The notes: generated by a model from the sequence alone, not told the origin. A DNA stretch of 64,000 bases from Candidatus Heimdallarchaeota archaeon (GCA_048881705.1 JBHLSH010000001.1:140688-204687); one strand, 5' to 3'; shown: positions 45,183 through 55,173, numbered from the stretch's first letter. Numbers and translations: made by a program.

Positions 45183-48100
45183 ATGGCAGCGAATAAAGCT
45201 CCCCGTAGGGCTTTTCAGCGATTCATCACGGCGATTATCGTTTTTCTGCTTCTTGTTTCTTTGTTCCCTGGCGAAACCTGGATTTCACGATCATCCTCAC
45301 CAATGGGTCAGCATAAACAAAAACCTCTTGTCACTCCCGTTCCCAATACTGGTAAAAGGCAAATTCAAAGCCATCAATCGAATTCAAATGGAGATTTTAC
45401 TGGTTTTGACATAGAAAGCCTTGACGAGTATATGCACACGTTATACGATTCCGAGAATGGGATTTTTTCAGAAACCAAGGACGGATTTTTGACATCTACT
45501 GCCACCTATAATGGCCTTGCCATCATCCGATATCTCGGCCTAGACTACTATTTTTATGGTTCAGATTGGCAGAATGAAGAAAGTAATATTGCTACCAAAC
45601 TTACACTCGACCTCAAAGACGAGGCTGAGTCAGGAGGATTTCGTTTAACCTCAGATGTGAACACACCCACCCTGGAGGGATCATTTGGGGTTACGACATC
45701 TTTATGGATTATGGATGAACCACGACTGATGGAATGGGCCGTGGGTTTACTAGACTTCGTATACAACAAAACTTTCAATAGGGACACGATTCGGTTTCAT
45801 GAGGTAGGGCAAAATGCCTCCTTAAAGGCCACTTTTCAAGCTCTGACAATTTTGGATTTAATTCGTAAAATTGTCATTGTGCCGGAGCTCTTCGACGCAA
45901 CTATTACGCCCATTGTCAATCAAACGGTGTTAGATTTCATGACGAATTATTCTGTTGACATCTTCAATTTTATTTCGAGTAATCGTATAAATAATTCATT
46001 CTTTTACATTCCTCATCCCTACGGAACGCCCATAGAAGATACGTGGTATGCTCTCCGTTCAATCGAGATCTTAGAGTATTATTCAAAGATTGTTGGTCCG
46101 CCGTTACCAACAGCACTTACAACTTTTGAAATTTCTACTAAAAATTGGTTAAAAACTCAGATAAAGACAACAGGTCCCACTAAGGGTGGTTTTGGCGATT
46201 CTGAACATGCTACAATGGCAGAAACGGGACTAGGATATGCTATTTTGAATCTATTTAATGCCACCAATGAGATCAACCACACTAACACCGTGATCTTTAT
46301 TAATTCCTCCCAGTTTCTCCAGAGAGAGAACCGGACCTACTCTGAATCAGAATTGAATCAGGTTGGAGGGTTTGCACCGAATAATCTCACATTTGGTGTC
46401 AGACAATCTAACAAATTGGTGAACATTTATGATACATTTTACGCCGTTCTGACTCTTCTCTTATCCGGAAATATTTTTAATTCCATCGATATCTCCCTAG
46501 AGACCTCTCATTTTCAAAATGATCCCATATTGAATAGATCTGACTTCATTATTCAGGGAAGAACGGCTGAGTTAACACAAACCTTCAAAATATACAATTA
46601 TGAAAGTCATGGTGCCTTAAGTTTAAGGACCACATTGGATAATTGGAATACTACTGACAGGGATTACACAGAAACGAATCCAGCTTTTGTGGGAAAATCG
46701 GAAGCGAGATATATTTCCAATCTTGAAAATGATTCCGCTGGTACATTTAATTGGACTTTAGGAAACCATGGTCTTACTAATATGATCTCTATTAGGAATT
46801 TGCCTATTATCCGAGCTCCCGTATATCTTCTAAACACTTCCGTCTTTGTGGGATATTTGCCCAATGTGAAATTCACTACCTCAGACATTAAACCTGGTGA
46901 CAACGTTACAACCACCATTTTTGTCCAAAATCAGTCTGTTCTAGACTTTAAAACCTATAACATTACTACAGGAACCATAAGTGTAGATCTGACAACTCCT
47001 GATGACATTCAGACGAATGTTATCACATCTGAGCCTATCAATGTAACAACAGGTGCGGTATCCTTCTTTCTGAACTTTTCAAAACAAGCTCTATTAGGTA
47101 CATGGAAGATTACAATTACTTATACTCAGGCCGCCTTCAGTTTCTCTGTAATGGCACTCATCGAAGTCACCGATACTGTATTCCTTTATAACATCTCAAA
47201 ACTTACGGAATATTATCCCGGGCAAGTAATGAACCTGAATGTTTCCTTAAAGTATACTAATGGCGGGTTTACTCCCAAAGCCAATGCTACATTAGTTTTT
47301 ACCAGTAATTCTTCTAATCTGAAAGTTTTTTCTCTTTCCTTGGAATTTTTCGAAGGAAACGTTTATTCTACGAGTGGAACATGTCCAACTCGCCTACTTT
47401 ATGGCTGGTATAATACTTCGGTCCATTTCACATGGAATACATCAACTTCGATCCAACCAACGGATGCACGGAATGAAAGTCTCTCAGCGGTTTTCATCGG
47501 TGGCGTCCCAGTTCTGGTGCCAAAATCTTTCCAAACAGATTACCGTAGCTTGACTTTACTTAAAAGCAATGACATCTACGTTGGAGAAGAAATCTCACTT
47601 AATATCACAGTAGGTTTTAAAACACCTTCTAGCATCAATAATATCACAAGCACTACTGTTTTTGTTCAAGCAGGATTAGTCAACAATTCTCAACCTTCGG
47701 TGTATCTTCAAATTTTTCAAACTTCCTATTCCAGTAATTTGATAGTGTTTAGTAGTCTTATTAACCCAAATTTAGCTTCTGGAACCTATGGAACGCGCTT
47801 TCAGATAAAATCAGACTGGAATAATTCATACGTCTCTTTACATGATTTTACGGACAATTCCTTGGATGCAAGTTACAATTTTACTTTCTTAGGAGACTTA
47901 ACGCTGAAAAATGTGGTTTATCCTGAAACAATAGTGGCCTCTGGGCTACCTACCTATGCCCGGGACTCAACAACAATTCTGGCAATTGAGTTTGAGGTTT
48001 ACAACATTGCCTATGAGACCGATATTGCGGTTCCGGATTTGAATCTTTATGGCATATTGGACATTCAGGGGAGTGTAGGAGGGCTGAATCAATCTCTACC

Positions 48101-48371
48101 TAGTATTACCACCAGCCCAAGCACCCGCGGGCTCACGACCTATCGGATCACAGTCCCTTATTTTGCACTTAACCCAGGAGACTATCAAATTACAATATTC
48201 ACTTGGACTGCTATTCACGCTCACCTTGAAATAGGAGAATTATCACCCGGCTTTAAAGTGGTTGATACCTTTTCACCACAAGGCTTTATTCAACTGCACG
48301 AGGCCGCTATCATTGGAGCCGCTATCATTGGAATCATTCTCCTGTATTTGAATGTAAAAAGGCCTCGTTAA
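45183..48371 (+). CDS. Large surface glycoprotein: prenyltransferase/terpene-cyclase-like alpha/alpha repeats, Ig-like stalk, C-terminal TM anchor
   Basis: Signal peptide from the ATG at 45183 (MAANKAPRRAFQRFITAIIVFLLLVSLF), about six GGF...T..AL-type repeats, more than 25 NxS/T sequons, terminal AAIIGAAIIGIILLYLNVKRPR. Confidence 0.82.
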   Translation: MAANKAPRRAFQRFITAIIVFLLLVSLFPGETWISRSSSPMGQHKQKPLVTPVPNTGKRQIQSHQSNSNGDFTGFDIESLDEYMHTLYDSENGIFSETKDGFLTSTATYNGLAIIRYLGLDYYFYGSDWQNEESNIATKLTLDLKDEAESGGFRLTSDVNTPTLEGSFGVTTSLWIMDEPRLMEWAVGLLDFVYNKTFNRDTIRFHEVGQNASLKATFQALTILDLIRKIVIVPELFDATITPIVNQTVLDFMTNYSVDIFNFISSNRINNSFFYIPHPYGTPIEDTWYALRSIEILEYYSKIVGPPLPTALTTFEISTKNWLKTQIKTTGPTKGGFGDSEHATMAETGLGYAILNLFNATNEINHTNTVIFINSSQFLQRENRTYSESELNQVGGFAPNNLTFGVRQSNKLVNIYDTFYAVLTLLLSGNIFNSIDISLETSHFQNDPILNRSDFIIQGRTAELTQTFKIYNYESHGALSLRTTLDNWNTTDRDYTETNPAFVGKSEARYISNLENDSAGTFNWTLGNHGLTNMISIRNLPIIRAPVYLLNTSVFVGYLPNVKFTTSDIKPGDNVTTTIFVQNQSVLDFKTYNITTGTISVDLTTPDDIQTNVITSEPINVTTGAVSFFLNFSKQALLGTWKITITYTQAAFSFSVMALIEVTDTVFLYNISKLTEYYPGQVMNLNVSLKYTNGGFTPKANATLVFTSNSSNLKVFSLSLEFFEGNVYSTSGTCPTRLLYGWYNTSVHFTWNTSTSIQPTDARNESLSAVFIGGVPVLVPKSFQTDYRSLTLLKSNDIYVGEEISLNITVGFKTPSSINNITSTTVFVQAGLVNNSQPSVYLQIFQTSYSSNLIVFSSLINPNLASGTYGTRFQIKSDWNNSYVSLHDFTDNSLDASYNFTFLGDLTLKNVVYPETIVASGLPTYARDSTTILAIEFEVYNIAYETDIAVPDLNLYGILDIQGSVGGLNQSLPSITTSPSTRGLTTYRITVPYFALNPGDYQITIFTWTAIHAHLEIGELSPGFKVVDTFSPQGFIQLHEAAIIGAAIIGIILLYLNVKRPR

Positions 48372-48750
48372 CTAATTTTTGACAGATATCTCGGAACCAA
48401 TCTTCAAAAAAACGTGTCAAATCGTGGAGTCGAGAGGGAGTCAGTTGAGGCAGAGTCATACCAAGTATAACCAATGTATGCCGACGTGTATACTTTGCAA
48501 CGATCTGGGCGATTCTGCCGGCCAATTCGCCGTCTCGATGGGAAGGGAATGAAAAGCTACTGTAATTAGCACTTTTTTTGCCATTACTCCTAATATAGGG
48601 AACTCCAATCCCAAGTCCTCCCAAATGGTCATTTGGCGATGTTATATTAATGATTAGACCTTGTTTTGCGGAAAGACGGCCTTTTGTATATACGGTAGCG
48701 CTAAATTCATGGGAAGAAAATTCTGAACGAAATCTTGCTAATACCTGCAA
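48334..48750 (-). CDS. LpdD/PAC4-like small protein
   Basis: GLIINITSPNDHLGGLGIG...FPSHRDGELA..IAQIVAK....VILGM resembles the LpdD-type HIGA...H(R/K)(D/E)..la..A..la...vvv.G pattern. Confidence 0.6.
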   Translation of the reverse strand: MQVLARFRSEFSSHEFSATVYTKGRLSAKQGLIINITSPNDHLGGLGIGVPYIRSNGKKSANYSSFSFPSHRDGELAGRIAQIVAKYTRRHTLVILGMTLPQLTPSRLHDLTRFFEDWFRDICQKLVNEAFLHSNTGE

Positions 48751-48847
48751 AAATTTTCATCCCTGAATTGCCTGGATTAAAAGGTCGTGGATATGGCTAC
48801 GATAGGAATTAAACTGCATCGTAACAACAATAACGAAAACCCGAGTC

Positions 48848-49417
48848 TCAACTTTCCTCACTTGGTTCTCTAGGCGTTTCAATAGAAGAATCGGATCGAT
48901 TTTCGACGTGTGGACGATTTTCTTCCTCATTCTGCTGCGCCGATTCTACCTGAGCCTGCTGTCGAGATTCCATCTGTTTTCTAAGCAAAAAAACCTCTCT
49001 CTCCATTTGATTAACCTCATCTTCGCTTGACTGGATCTCTGTGTCGAGAGATGCTTTTTCATCGACAAGAGCACGTCTTTCGCTTTCGAGGTTGGCGATT
49101 TCCCCATTCAACACTGATAGTTGTTTCTCTAAAGAAGCGATTTTCTCCTTAGAAGACACCTTTGTTAATTCTAAATCGTTGATCCGTCCCCTAACTAATT
49201 CTAATTGGGTCGCAAGATCTTGGGATTTATTGTCTAGTTCAAATTTTCTTTTTCCAACTTTTTCGAGGATTTCTTCTAATTCCTGCTGCAATTCTTGAAT
49301 GGTTTTCCCTTTTTCATCTTCCGAGTCCACAATTATTTGGTTGGAGGTTCCTGGAGGGGAACAAACTGGACAAGGTGGCCTTATGTAGTAGGAACCGCAA
49401 CGAGAGCACTTGGGCAC
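48848..49417 (-). CDS. N-terminal Cys4 zinc-finger plus coiled-coil protein (paralog 2)
   Basis: MPKCSRCGSYYIRPPCPVC followed by about 120 aa of continuous heptads. Confidence 0.8.
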   Translation of the reverse strand: MPKCSRCGSYYIRPPCPVCSPPGTSNQIIVDSEDEKGKTIQELQQELEEILEKVGKRKFELDNKSQDLATQLELVRGRINDLELTKVSSKEKIASLEKQLSVLNGEIANLESERRALVDEKASLDTEIQSSEDEVNQMEREVFLLRKQMESRQQAQVESAQQNEEENRPHVENRSDSSIETPREPSEES

Positions 49418-49418
49418 T

Positions 49419-49901
49419 CTATTCTACCTCCTCATTTCCTTTCAAAATCAACCTTAGATCTTCGATTTCTACTCTTTTCTGGGTTTTAATTTCCACCAAT
49501 TTAAGAAATTTAACTCTGGAGGCCTCTAAATCATGCTTCAAGCCCGTGTTTTGTTGAACTAGATCCTGTTTTTTCATCAGGATGCTATTGAGTGCCGTTT
49601 CAAGGCGAGCAATCTCAAGCTGAATGGTATCAATCTCCTCTTGTAATTTCGCCTCCTCATCTGACTCAAGGGTGAGTTCATCCGTCATACTCTTGACTTT
49701 GGCTCCTTTCACTTCATCTAGCTCTTTCAGTTTTGCTTCAGCTTCTTCAATTTTATCTAGCAATTCAATTGGATTAATAATCCGTACCGTACGCTCCTGC
49801 TCAGTTGAGACGGTTTTGACGGGGGAGTCGGGATCCTCTTCACTTACACACGAACAGACTTTTTCACTGTAATAAGATCCGCAATTTGTACAAATCGGCA
49901 C
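49419..49901 (-). CDS. N-terminal Cys4 zinc-finger plus coiled-coil protein (paralog 1)
   Basis: MPICTNCGSYYSEKVCSC followed by about 110 aa of heptads. Stop is 1 bp from the next ATG. Confidence 0.8.
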   Translation of the reverse strand: MPICTNCGSYYSEKVCSCVSEEDPDSPVKTVSTEQERTVRIINPIELLDKIEEAEAKLKELDEVKGAKVKSMTDELTLESDEEAKLQEEIDTIQLEIARLETALNSILMKKQDLVQQNTGLKHDLEASRVKFLKLVEIKTQKRVEIEDLRLILKGNEEVE

Positions 49902-49963
49902 CTTTTCAACCTCTCATAGGACTTGATATTCCTCGTATAGCTACTACCTACCCTTCCATTCCT

Positions 49964-49994
49964 TTCCGTTATATTTTAAGCGTTCCGTTATATT
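49964..49994. promoter_or_regulatory. Direct repeat TTCCGTTATATT x2 (19-bp period) in the divergent promoter region
   Basis: Copies at 49964-49975 and 49983-49994. One mismatch from the TTCCGTAATAT core upstream of the RHH gene. Confidence 0.55.
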
Positions 49995-50062
49995 GTGGAT
50001 AATAAGCACCGCCCTCCATATCTGCGAGTTTTAAGTTCTACTGTCCATTAGAAGGGTCTATA

Positions 50063-52714
50063 TTGTTATCACAAAATATAAATCGAATTTATCTGGTCAT
50101 CATGGTGCCAATCTCTCAAAAACGGACAATTCTAATATTAGGATTTTCCCGTGGGAAAATAAATCAATCTAAGCCATTAATTCGTGGAAAAATTGAGTAT
50201 AATTTCAAGCATGGAAATTTATGGCGACCATGGCGGATCCATTGGGAAGAACACGGAAAGTGGAAACCATATCCGCCCAACAAAGACATGATTCAGAAGT
50301 TACTCCAAAAATCACGTAAGATCTTATTGGACTCTGGTCTGACAACAAAAGAAAAAGGAGGGATTCAAAAGTTCTGCAAGGATTTTAACATTGACACCAT
50401 TATTAACGAGGTCCTTCTATGCCCATTCTGTATCGCTTCCGATAAATATTCCATTCTTAAATCCAATAATACGTACCTGGCATACAAGCGAGAAGTGTGC
50501 AAAACATGCGCTATAGAAGAGCTTGAAAAAGATTTAAATGCCAGAAAAGTCTCCTTGCTTAGCAGCCCGGGCTTTAAGAAGTATGCATTATCTTTATTGG
50601 ATCGTTTTCATAACACTGAACAAGTGATTACAGTTCTGACTAGTAAGGAACCTGTCGTCAGTGATCTAACTTTGGTTCAAAAGTTAGATAAATCTTCTAA
50701 AAAGGAGCTTCCTATCCTATCCCTTCCCATTACTGAGTTCGGCCTTCCCGACTTCCTTGTCGAAGTTTTAAGAAATAGGGGGATAACAATATTTCTGCCA
50801 GTGCAAACTCTATCGCTCCGCGCTGGTCTCCTGGAAAACAAGAGCCAGCTGATTATAGCCAATACAAGTGCAGGAAAAACTTTGATAGGGGAAATGGCGG
50901 GAGTTTGTAATATTAAAAAAGCAAAGAATAAAAAATTTATATTTACTGTCCCTTTGGTGGCCTTAGCAAACACTAAATTTGATGATTTCAAACGTTTATA
51001 TGAGAAACAACAAGGAATTCGCGTTGGGATCAGAGTAGGACGTTCTCGTATATTCGATAGCCTCAAGGAGAAAAAGAAGTTCTATCGGGACAGGTATTCT
51101 TTAGCGGGGGCGGATATAATAGTCGCAACCTATGAAGGCCTAGATCTTTTGTTTAGAGCTGGCCAATTGAACTTTGATGAAGTCGGAACCATAGTAATAG
51201 ATGAAGCCCAATCTCTCGCAGATCCTGATCGGGGGCCGATGCTGGATTGTCTGCTCGCAAAAATCAGAGTATATGCGAGTGGTGTTCAAGTTGTGGCCCT
51301 TTCGGCCACTGTTGGAAACCCGAAACAGTTTGCATCTGACCTTTCTTTGGAACTAGTCACTTTCGATCATAGACCAATTCCTCTCGAAGAACATCTACTT
51401 ATTTCACGTAGTGTTGAGGAAAAAATGCGTCAGATCCGTCAGCTCTGTGAATCAGAAAGCCGCCTGGTTTCGAAATCTGGATCACGTGGTCAAACTATCG
51501 TTTTTACAAATTCTAGACGCAGAACCGCAGAAATCGCTGATTACCTAGGACAAATAGGATCAAGTAGAATGAAGGCTAAAGCTTATCATTCAGGGCTTTC
51601 TTACACATTAAGAAGACAGATTGAAAGAGAGTTCAGCTCGGGAAAGTGCCCAGTTGTCATCAGTACTTACGCCCTAGGTGCAGGCGTCGATTTTCCTGCC
51701 TCCCAAGTGATTTTTGAGTCGATGATGATGGGTAACAAACCCCTCGATCCTAACAGTTTCACACAGATGTTGGGTAGGGCGGGTCGGTTAGGGAAACATG
51801 ATCGTGGGCGAGTGATATTTTTATGCCTTGGAGAGGAAATTTCCTCATTAGATTCCCGCAGCGAGATCGAAATAGCATTTCAACTACTCAATTCAGAACT
51901 GGCCCCAATCGAGCCAAATCATAATGGTGATGCGTGTGCAGAACAAATTCTCTCTATATGTTCTTCTGCCAAACAAATCGATCCCAATGATGCAAAACAA
52001 ATTTACCAACAGATGATCGGAACTACAAGCTTTCCATTTATGGAGCATGCAAACTATCTTATTAAAAAGGGATTTTTACGGGTGAGTTCAACGAATCGAA
52101 GAGATAAACGTGTCCTTGAAGTCACCTCGCTTGGACGAGCTGCAACTCTCTCGTTTTTCTCTCCAAATAAGGTCTTATCTATTGTAACTATGCTCCGTCG
52201 TGGAAAGCATTTTGTCCCTATTGCTCTAGAAATGAATCCTCTAAGAAATATCTATTTGTCGAGGAAGTTACACGCTTATCTTGAAAAAACGTATCATATG
52301 AGGTTTTCGACGCGTTTAATCAATAGTCCTGTTTTGGATGTAATGATGGCGTCCCTCAAGGGAAAAGAATCAACTGAACTGAACAAATGGTGTCTCAATG
52401 TCTTCTCCAAATGGACTCAGAGTTTTTTCAAATGCTCCTGTCCCGAAAATCCTTATTGTGAGCACGGTCAGCAGGAAATAGGGCGGTTCATAGTGGATGA
52501 ACGTCTTGACGGGAAAAATGTAGGGCAAATTGCCACGACCATAACCAAATTCGAGCTTTTGATATATCCTGGAGACGTTCTTTCATTCCTAAATGGATTT
52601 ATCCATGAATTGGAAGGAATTCAGCTTATCGCGCAGGCAATCGACAGGACCAAACTGGGGAAAAACATAGAACTGCTGATTAATCGACTTGAGACTCCTA
52701 GTTTTGATATCTAG
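50063..52714 (+). CDS. Archaeal superfamily II (Ski2-like, COG1202-type) DExH helicase
   Basis: PVQTLS (Q motif), ANTSAGKT, VPLVALAN, DEAQ, LSAT, YHSGL, GAGVDFP, QMLGRAGR, C-terminal CSC..PYCEH. The ATG at 50102 may be the true start. Confidence 0.9.
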   Translation: MLSQNINRIYLVIMVPISQKRTILILGFSRGKINQSKPLIRGKIEYNFKHGNLWRPWRIHWEEHGKWKPYPPNKDMIQKLLQKSRKILLDSGLTTKEKGGIQKFCKDFNIDTIINEVLLCPFCIASDKYSILKSNNTYLAYKREVCKTCAIEELEKDLNARKVSLLSSPGFKKYALSLLDRFHNTEQVITVLTSKEPVVSDLTLVQKLDKSSKKELPILSLPITEFGLPDFLVEVLRNRGITIFLPVQTLSLRAGLLENKSQLIIANTSAGKTLIGEMAGVCNIKKAKNKKFIFTVPLVALANTKFDDFKRLYEKQQGIRVGIRVGRSRIFDSLKEKKKFYRDRYSLAGADIIVATYEGLDLLFRAGQLNFDEVGTIVIDEAQSLADPDRGPMLDCLLAKIRVYASGVQVVALSATVGNPKQFASDLSLELVTFDHRPIPLEEHLLISRSVEEKMRQIRQLCESESRLVSKSGSRGQTIVFTNSRRRTAEIADYLGQIGSSRMKAKAYHSGLSYTLRRQIEREFSSGKCPVVISTYALGAGVDFPASQVIFESMMMGNKPLDPNSFTQMLGRAGRLGKHDRGRVIFLCLGEEISSLDSRSEIEIAFQLLNSELAPIEPNHNGDACAEQILSICSSAKQIDPNDAKQIYQQMIGTTSFPFMEHANYLIKKGFLRVSSTNRRDKRVLEVTSLGRAATLSFFSPNKVLSIVTMLRRGKHFVPIALEMNPLRNIYLSRKLHAYLEKTYHMRFSTRLINSPVLDVMMASLKGKESTELNKWCLNVFSKWTQSFFKCSCPENPYCEHGQQEIGRFIVDERLDGKNVGQIATTITKFELLIYPGDVLSFLNGFIHELEGIQLIAQAIDRTKLGKNIELLINRLETPSFDI

Positions 52715-52726
52715 AACCCCCATTCT

Positions 52727-52906
52727 TCATGTTCCTGTCGTTTGTGTCCTTCGATAGTACTTGAGAAGAAGTCCGAGGCCTACAAAAGCAACCAAGAAGC
52801 CAACAATGTAGAATAGGGTTTCTGTCCAATCACCCAATGTTCCGCCAAACCCAGCAATTAGCAATCCTGCAATAATTAATATGGTACCTACAAACAAATC
52901 TTTCAT
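52727..52906 (-). CDS. Small two-TM membrane protein, 59 aa; not in the ORF track
   Basis: Manual translation: MKDLFVGTILIIAGLLIAGFGGTLGDWTETLFYIVGFLVAFVGLGLLLKYYRRTQTTGT*. GGTG RBS, positive-inside tail, fills the gap after the PMM gene. Confidence 0.75.
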   Translation of the reverse strand: MKDLFVGTILIIAGLLIAGFGGTLGDWTETLFYIVGFLVAFVGLGLLLKYYRRTQTTGT

Positions 52907-52962
52907 TGTCTTACACCCTTTAAAAAATCTTAACTTTTTTTGTTTCTTGCCTCATAACTTAA

Positions 52963-54360
52963 CTATGTTTCTCTTATCTTCTCTATTTCACCAGTGATGA
53001 GCTCTTGCATATACCTCTGATAGTAGCGTAGACGCTGAGAGGTACTGGCCTCTGCACGACAAGAAATCACGGGTTCTGTGCCACTTTTTCGCACGAGAAT
53101 CCAACCATCATCGAATTCAGCTCTGATCCCATCAATCGTTATAATTTCATTGGCCTCTTCAGAAACGATGTTTTGGATATTCTCAACGATTTTTGATTTT
53201 AGGTGATCAGAACATGGTATACGTATTTCTTCAGAAGCAGAGTAGAACGGTAAATTCTTGAGAAGGGACGATAAAGGTTCCTCGGAATGTGTGAGAATCT
53301 CTAGAACCCGTAAAGCAGAATAAACGGCATCATCAAAACCATAATAATCGCCGCCAAAATAAAAGTGGCCACTGAGCTCTCCTGCAAAAATTGCACCTGA
53401 TCTGAGTAGTTTTTCGTGAATCCAAGAATGACCTACCTTAGAAAATTGAACTTCTGCACCTAATTTGGTTAAATATTCAAGAGTTGCTCGAGAAGTCTTT
53501 ACATCGATCATAATGATTGCATTGGGATTTTTATGTAACAAATATTCTCCAATTAACATTATTACTTGATCAGAAGGTATGATTTTTCCTTGATCATCCA
53601 CGACACCGATTCGGTCACCGTCTGTATCAAAGCCCAGCCCGATGTCAAGGTTATTTTCTCTCACCAATTCTTGCAGATAAATCATACACTCAGATTTAGC
53701 AGGATCAGGTATCATAATGGGGAAATGACCATCTGGTTGGGGATTTAGGGCTTTTACATGAATACCAGCGGAGCTCAATAAATCTATTATTGGAAAACAA
53801 GTACCATTTCCAAGTTCTACTCCGACACGAACCTCTCGTGCAGGATAGAAATGCTCCCTTTGATAGTCCCAGTACTGAGCGGTGGTTACCGCTATGGGCT
53901 GAAGAAGCTGCCCATACTCTCTGATCTCATGGGATGAAACATGCTTCTTTTCTAGCTGCTCAACCCTCCTCTGAATGTGACGGAAGAAATTATCAATATG
54001 GAATGCGACTCCATTCCCATCACATACCTTGATCCCATTGTACAATATAGGATTATGACTTGCAGTGATCATTATTCCCCCATCGACAGCGGCATTATGG
54101 GCTGCGAGAAAATAAATGGTTGGCGTTGTACAGAGCCCCACATCAATTACGTTGCATTGGGCCTCCATAAGACCCGCTGCTAATGCCGATTTTATTACTG
54201 GGGTGGAGATTCTGACATCGCCACCCATAACAACTGTGCTAATAGCTCCAAATGCTTCGCCAAACGCCCTTCCCAAATTCAAAACGGTTTCTAATGAAAA
54301 ATCATGTGGAAACTCTCCTCTGATATCATAAGTTCTAAACAGGTGATCATAATGGGACAA
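52963..54360 (-). CDS. Phosphomannomutase/phosphoglucomutase
   Basis: FRTYDIRG, ITASHNP (phosphoserine), FDTDGDR, GELSGH, VRKSGTEP. Confidence 0.93.
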   Translation of the reverse strand: MSHYDHLFRTYDIRGEFPHDFSLETVLNLGRAFGEAFGAISTVVMGGDVRISTPVIKSALAAGLMEAQCNVIDVGLCTTPTIYFLAAHNAAVDGGIMITASHNPILYNGIKVCDGNGVAFHIDNFFRHIQRRVEQLEKKHVSSHEIREYGQLLQPIAVTTAQYWDYQREHFYPAREVRVGVELGNGTCFPIIDLLSSAGIHVKALNPQPDGHFPIMIPDPAKSECMIYLQELVRENNLDIGLGFDTDGDRIGVVDDQGKIIPSDQVIMLIGEYLLHKNPNAIIMIDVKTSRATLEYLTKLGAEVQFSKVGHSWIHEKLLRSGAIFAGELSGHFYFGGDYYGFDDAVYSALRVLEILTHSEEPLSSLLKNLPFYSASEEIRIPCSDHLKSKIVENIQNIVSEEANEIITIDGIRAEFDDGWILVRKSGTEPVISCRAEASTSQRLRYYQRYMQELITGEIEKIRET

Positions 54361-54368
54361 CTAGAGTA

Positions 54369-55172
54369 TCACTCCATCGATTCAGGTGGTTGTAAAAGCT
54401 CGTCCAGGGTTTTTGGAGGTGGATGGAGAATGTTTTGGAGCTTCGGCCAGGCCCAGGAGTACCTTATAAATGGAAAATAACGATCTTGGATTTCTTGACG
54501 ATAATTTTCGAGGAATGAGGTAATTGCTGAGTCTGTTGCATGGGGATAGCCCTTTCCCAGAGTCACACTGGGCAATCCCCACTCCTGCTCAATTTCCCGC
54601 AGTCGTTCATCACGGATAGATTTTGACACACAAGAAGCCGCGGATACAACTGGAAACTTGCGATCACCGCCTGTGGATATCATTACACGCTTTTCGAATC
54701 CATTATGCGGTTTTATATCAAAAACACACAGATCGTTGGTACATGAAATCGGATTAGCTTGAATCTGGTCATCCCTGCTTTGAATAATTCTCATAAGATG
54801 CTTTCTTGCATATATGGGAGGCCCAATAGTATCGACTACCAGCTCTGATGCGGTCAATTTAACTATGAGGTTACCTATCTCCCGTAGTTCTAGGAGATTT
54901 AGATTATCTCTTGGTCTATTTTTGAGAGTTTGATCGATGTTTTGGGCTGTAATTTCGGTTATCAATGTTTGTTGGGCATATTCTTTGATTTTATTCGCTA
55001 ATTTGTCGCGTTTTTTTTGAGCTGTGGCTGATGTGAAAAGCTTGGAGTCTTTTAATCCAGCGGCCACAAGCTTTTGTATACTTTCTTGGTCCAAAGTAAC
55101 CCCTACTATAATAAGTGGCCCAAAAACACTCCCTCTTCCAGCTTCATCGACGCCAGATAAAATTACGGGCAA
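54369..55172 (-). CDS. rnhB: Ribonuclease HII
   Basis: GVDEAGRG, DSK, VVD, GD..FPVVSAAS.VSK, G.GYP. Confidence 0.92.
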   Translation of the reverse strand: MPVILSGVDEAGRGSVFGPLIIVGVTLDQESIQKLVAAGLKDSKLFTSATAQKKRDKLANKIKEYAQQTLITEITAQNIDQTLKNRPRDNLNLLELREIGNLIVKLTASELVVDTIGPPIYARKHLMRIIQSRDDQIQANPISCTNDLCVFDIKPHNGFEKRVMISTGGDRKFPVVSAASCVSKSIRDERLREIEQEWGLPSVTLGKGYPHATDSAITSFLENYRQEIQDRYFPFIRYSWAWPKLQNILHPPPKTLDELLQPPESME

Positions 55173-55173
55173 T

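Noticed and set aside
36007-48371. Apparent CAAX-processing neighbourhood (GGPP synthase, Rce1-like CPBP, Ste24-like M48, prenyltransferase-like repeats)
   Set aside because: The prenyltransferase-like domain is extracellular and lacks catalytic motifs, the genes are scattered on both strands, and no protein in the window ends in a CAAX box (the GTPase ends AELSKN).
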